DNA of 64,000 nucleotides from an uncultured Chloroflexia bacterium (GTDB lineage Bacteria; Chloroflexota; Limnocylindria; Limnocylindrales; CSP1-4): NCBI GenBank assembly GCA_963776865.1, contig CAVZOG010000004.1, positions 588,642 to 652,641 of the forward strand, read 5' to 3'. Shown piece by piece: positions 60,119 to 64,000 of this stretch (position 1 is its first letter; each line of letters starts with the position of its first letter). The notes under the pieces were generated by a model. It saw only the letters and a program-made list of their open reading frames with translations, ran no database searches and was not told where the DNA came from. The position numbers and the translations under genes were made by a program.

Positions 60119-60781
60119 GTGCCCTTGTTCCTGGCCCGTCGGAACATCATTGCTTTGCTGTCTGTCGCTGCGTGGGTGGTCGCCTTGGCCGGCCCGGCAG
60201 TCGCGGTCGACGGCGAGCAGACATTCATCTGGCCGACCAGCGGCCGAATCACCCAGCCATACGGCTGCACAGGTTTCCACCTCGAGCCACGGCGCGGATC
60301 GTGTGCGCATTTTCACGGCGGCATCGACATCGCCGACTCGCGCGGCACGCCCGTTCGCGCGGCCGCCGAGGGGGTCATAACTCACGTTGGCTGGGACAAG
60401 GGGGTGCCGCAACGTTATTCGTCGTGGCTGGTGATCATCGACCACGGCGGTGGCATCCAATCGCTTTACTTCCACCTGCGCGACAGGGAGCTGATTGGCA
60501 TCGAACGCGGCAAACTTGTTCGAAGAGGTCAGATTATCGGCCTGATGGATACGACCGGTATGTCGACCGGGCCGCATCTCCACTTCTCTATCCGACGCGA
60601 TGGCAACTACGTCAACCCGCGCGAGTACATCGACGGGCTGCCGCGGCGCAGCAAGCCGCGCGGCAGCACAGCCATCAACGACGCCACGTGCGCCAACTTC
60701 GGCGCCGGGATGGGCGCCTGGAACGGCGGCCTGGCCGCTCGCGCGACCGAATTCGACGGCGAGCCAACCTGCACTGCCTGA
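60119..60781 (+). CDS. M23-family (LytM-like) peptidoglycan metallopeptidase
   Basis: CAGGAG precedes GTG 60119. The signal anchor is followed by HFHGGIDIA, IIDHGGG and TGPHLHFSI. Confidence 0.85.
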   Translation: MPLFLARRNIIALLSVAAWVVALAGPAVAVDGEQTFIWPTSGRITQPYGCTGFHLEPRRGSCAHFHGGIDIADSRGTPVRAAAEGVITHVGWDKGVPQRYSSWLVIIDHGGGIQSLYFHLRDRELIGIERGKLVRRGQIIGLMDTTGMSTGPHLHFSIRRDGNYVNPREYIDGLPRRSKPRGSTAINDATCANFGAGMGAWNGGLAARATEFDGEPTCTA

Positions 60782-60844
60782 TGGACTGCCTGACAGTTGC
60801 CGGATAGCCCTTGTCGCGCTCTTGAGCCGGTGTAGCATCGCGCC

Positions 60845-62215
60845 GTGAAGCGCGTGGTCGCAGTCGTGCTCGCGGGCGGGGAAGGGGAGCGGCTGTCGAT
60901 CCTGTCGGCGGTGCGCGCCAAGCCCGCCGTCCCGTTCGCCGGCAAGTACCGGATCATCGACTTCACCCTGTCGAACTGCACCAACAGCGAGATCGACAAC
61001 GTCCTCGTCCTGACCCAGTACAACCCGCGTTCGCTGAACGACCACATCGGCGCCGGCCGGCCATGGGATCTCGATCGCAACGAGGGCGGCATCCGGCTGC
61101 TCCAGCCATTCATCGCCCGTGGTCGCGCGTCCGAGTGGTATCGCGGCACGGCCGATGCGGTGCTGGTCAACATCGAGACGATCCGCCAGCAGCCGGGCGA
61201 CACGGTCGTGATCCTCGCCGGTGACCACATCTACAAGATGGACTACCAGCCGTTCATCCAGTTCCACCGCCGCAACCGCGCCGAGGCCACGGTCGCGGTC
61301 AAGCGCGTGCCGATCTTCGAGGCGTCGCGCTTCGGGATCCTGGCCCTCGACGAGGACGGCCGGGTGACCGAGTGGCAGGAGAAGCCCAAGCAGCCCAAGA
61401 GCGATCTCGCCTCGCTGGGCATCTACGTGTTCTCCAAGAAGGCGCTGCTCGCCTGGCTGGACGACAAGCGGACCGATTTCGGGCGCGACATCATCCCGGC
61501 CATGCTCGACGGCGGGGCGCGCGTCTTCGGCTACCAGTTCGACGGCTACTGGCAGGACGTGGGCACGGTCGAGGGCTACTGGCAGGCCCAGATGGACCTG
61601 CTCGACGAGCACCCCGAGCTCGACCTGTACGACAAGGGCTGGCTCATCCACACCCGATCCGAAGAGCGTGCGCCGGCCCGAATCGGCGCCACGGCCAACG
61701 TTCACCGATCGCTGATCAGCCACGGCTGCCAGATCTGGGGCACGGTCGAGCGCTCCGTCCTGTCGCCCGGCGTGCGTGTCGATCCGGGCGCCGTCGTGCG
61801 CGACTCGATCGTCATGTTCGACACGGTCATCCGAGCCGGCGCAGTCGTCGACCGGGCGATCATCGACAAGGAGGTCTCGGTCGGGCCGAATGCCATCGTC
61901 GGGCTGGGTGCCGACCTCGAGACCGCCAATCGGCAGGAGCCGGGGCGGCTCAACACCGGCATCACCGTCGTCGGCAAGCGCGCCGTCATCCCCGCAGGGG
62001 TCCGCCTGGGGCGCAACGTGAAGATCAACGAGGGAGTTCGGCCGGCCGATTTCGGCGGTCGGCGGACCGTGCCGTCGGGTGGGACGGTCGAGGCAAAGGC
62101 GGCCGCGGGCAAGTCCGGGCCGGGCCGAGAATCAGCGTCGACCAGCGCCAAGTCGCACGACGGCGAGCCGATCCCGGCTCGGATCAGCGCCTCGGCGTCA
62201 GGGAGAGAGCGCTGA
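60845..62215 (+). CDS. glgC: glucose-1-phosphate adenylyltransferase with C-terminal extension
   Basis: Motifs seen are VVLAGGEGERLSILSAVRAKPAVPFAGKYRIIDFTLSN, GTADAV and a left-handed beta-helix C-domain. Intact 456-aa ORF. Confidence 0.9.
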   Translation: MKRVVAVVLAGGEGERLSILSAVRAKPAVPFAGKYRIIDFTLSNCTNSEIDNVLVLTQYNPRSLNDHIGAGRPWDLDRNEGGIRLLQPFIARGRASEWYRGTADAVLVNIETIRQQPGDTVVILAGDHIYKMDYQPFIQFHRRNRAEATVAVKRVPIFEASRFGILALDEDGRVTEWQEKPKQPKSDLASLGIYVFSKKALLAWLDDKRTDFGRDIIPAMLDGGARVFGYQFDGYWQDVGTVEGYWQAQMDLLDEHPELDLYDKGWLIHTRSEERAPARIGATANVHRSLISHGCQIWGTVERSVLSPGVRVDPGAVVRDSIVMFDTVIRAGAVVDRAIIDKEVSVGPNAIVGLGADLETANRQEPGRLNTGITVVGKRAVIPAGVRLGRNVKINEGVRPADFGGRRTVPSGGTVEAKAAAGKSGPGRESASTSAKSHDGEPIPARISASASGRER

Positions 62216-62247
62216 CCGACTCTCCCGCACAGCGCGTAGACGCGTGG

Positions 62248-62731
62248 TTGGCGGAACTGGGTATCAAGCCGGTCGAGCGTGCCGAGCGCGAGGGCGTCAC
62301 GTCATGGGACCTGCTGCTCGACGGTCGACGGCGGCGCGCACTGCGCGTCACGCTCATCCTCGATCCGGCCCTGGCCATGGTCGCCTGGGTCCATTTCGCG
62401 CCGCCGTTGTCGGACAGCTTCCGCAAGACCTACCGCCAGCTGCTGCGCTGGAACGACGAGCTGCCCTTCGCCAAGTTCGCGGTGTCCGAGGACGACCGGC
62501 CGGTGCTGACACTCGAGCTGCCCGCGGACGAGCTGTCGCGTGACGCGGTTGGCTCGCTACTGGCGCGCGTGCTGGCGATCGCCGACCTCGTCCATCAGCC
62601 GTCGATGGATCTGATGCGCGAGCTCGGCCGAGCCCAGGCCAAGCTGGTCGCGGCGGGCGATCCCGGACCCGGCCGGCGCAGCGTTACTCGAGCGCTACGC
62701 CGCGGACCTCGAGGAGCTCACCGGCTCCTAG
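62248..62731 (+). pseudogene. YbjN-like (putative sensory-transduction/chaperone-like) protein, start and 3' end uncertain
   Basis: The frame of ORF 61372-62802 from about 62212 reads RVDAWLAELGIKPVERAEREGVTSWDLLLDG..LRWNDELPFAKFAV. The first canonical start is TTG 62248. An alternative frame at about 62670 gives the ending GAALLERYAADLEELTGS, with TAG at 62729-62731. Confidence 0.45.
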
Positions 62732-62739
62732 CTGAGACA

Positions 62740-64000
62740 TCACGGAACCTGGGATCGCAACAGCCACGCTGTCACCTTTCTGGAGGATGCACTCGACCCT
62801 GAGGCTGTCACCATGCTTGACGTTCGCCTCATTGGACTCGATTCCGGTGACGTAATCAGATGCTCTCGGGTCACTGAAGTCGAACTCGAACTCGTCGCTG
62901 TCCGGGCCGCGCGAGCACGAAACCGCGCCGGTGCCCGGTTCGATACAGCTCGATCACTGCCAGGGTGCCGCCGCAGTGGCGGGTGACGCTGCTCAGGTTC
63001 TTCGTTCAAGGGACCCGCGACACCACCCTGGCAATCAACGGACGGCTTACCGGCCGCTCATGGCACGTCGAACGACTGAGCAACCCAGTCGCCGGTACCG
63101 AGCATGCAGCGGACCACAACACGGTCGCCGTGCTTGATGTTGGCCGGGTTGAAACCGAGCGTTTCGTGACCGCCGAAGTCGACATCGAACCCACCGCTCG
63201 CATCGACATTCAAGAAGGCGTACCCGCGCCGGTGACCCGTCCGATGAATCTCCACGATCGCGACGTCACCCAGCTGGCCTGCGTCGTGGCAAGCGCCCGA
63301 GACGACGTCCGTGGCTACGTGGGCAGTCGCTTCGCTGCCGGGGACGATCCAATTGAGGTCGGTCGCAAGGGCGCGGCCGCGGACCCTGTCGCCCACTGCA
63401 ACCGGGACACGATGGCCGGCTTCGTCGCGGAACACGGCGACGATTGCCCCGTTCTGGTCGGACACATCTGTCGCGATGGCCTTTCGATCGCCGGAGATGC
63501 CATCGAGGAGCACGAGTCGGACAGGCATTCTTTCGGTGACCCAGCCGCGAACGGTCGACTCGCCGATGGTGACGTCGATCTCCGGCGCAATACCGTGAGT
63601 CTCCAGGTCGTCCCCGTTCTGCGAAACCCAGTAGAGCGAGGCATATTGTCCGCCCGGGATGTCGAAGTGCGGGTCATAGGTCCACAGACCATCCTGGCCA
63701 ACGCGGACGCTGTGCAATTCCTCGAAGTCGCTGAGCAATCCCTGTGCATATCCGAGTCGGATAGTCCGGCCGGCCGGGCCAGTGCCGTGGAAGGTGTTCG
63801 AGACCCGATCGACTGTGACTGTGAGATTGGGGACCACGTATTTACGTGTGTAGCTACCGTCGGACACCCGGATCTTGTCGCCCACCTCGACCACGATGTC
63901 GTCGTCTCCCGAGCACAGTGACCAGTAATCGTTGCTCTCGATGGAGCCCTGCGCTTTCGTAGCTCCGGCCGAGTCGCGCCACAGGACACTGATCGTCGCC
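62740..64000 (-). pseudogene. repeat-domain protein, partial (continues beyond window end), frame interrupted
   Basis: ORF 63058-63894 is open upstream to 64000. The module ..IVEIHRTGHRRGYAFLNVD..NIKHGDRVVVRC recurs after the TGA at 63058 as ..VIELYRTGHRRGFVL..NVKHGDSLRVEC in other frames. Confidence 0.45.

Noticed and set aside
60062-61723. 553-aa minus-strand ORF, one of the longest in the track
   Set aside because: It is antisense to the intact M23 peptidase and glgC genes, both of which have unmistakable motifs. Its composition is typical of the shadow frame in high-GC coding DNA.

Overview
This is 64 kb of a high-GC bacterial chromosome; the flank samples I counted by hand are 70-77% G+C. 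The gene content looks like a soil actinobacterium-like organism: class II ribonucleotide reductase nrdJ, a PfkA-family phosphofructokinase, CcsA, two DEAD-box helicases, a cold-shock protein, many class III cyclase / LuxR / TPR signalling proteins, secreted S1, M23, M28 and M43 peptidases, and an RHS/YD-repeat lipoprotein. I cannot place it more precisely without a database search. I can support about 60 protein-coding loci plus a few hairpins and operator-like sites. I saw no rRNA, tRNA, CRISPR array, transposase or integrase. Four things stand out. (1) 29.5-34.0 kb is a compositionally foreign block (43-50% G+C in the samples counted). It is a tightly packed minus-strand operon of two tandem paralogous N4/N6 DNA methyltransferases, an unassignable 411-aa protein and a 150-aa PD-(D/E)xK protein. 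This is a restriction-modification-like defence island whose effector half I cannot match to a named family, and it is my best candidate for an undescribed system. (2) Roughly a third of the recognisable genes, including nrdJ, change reading frame one or more times. At seven junctions I dissected, a 1-nt change in a homopolymer repairs the break, so I read these as assembly indels rather than real decay. They are typed pseudogene only because the sequence as given cannot encode the intact product. (3) 16-24 kb records local rearrangements: a degenerate copy of the rhlE-like helicase 5' end plus leader, and a 211-bp near-identical direct repeat. The repeat carries a ~65-aa module that is found once fused to a cyclase and once stand-alone. 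(4) 50.1-55.7 kb appears to be one giant lipoprotein: RHS/YD core, Gly-rich linker, VWD-like domain and four ~100-aa tandem repeats. All family names come from motif recognition by eye; no search or computation was run.
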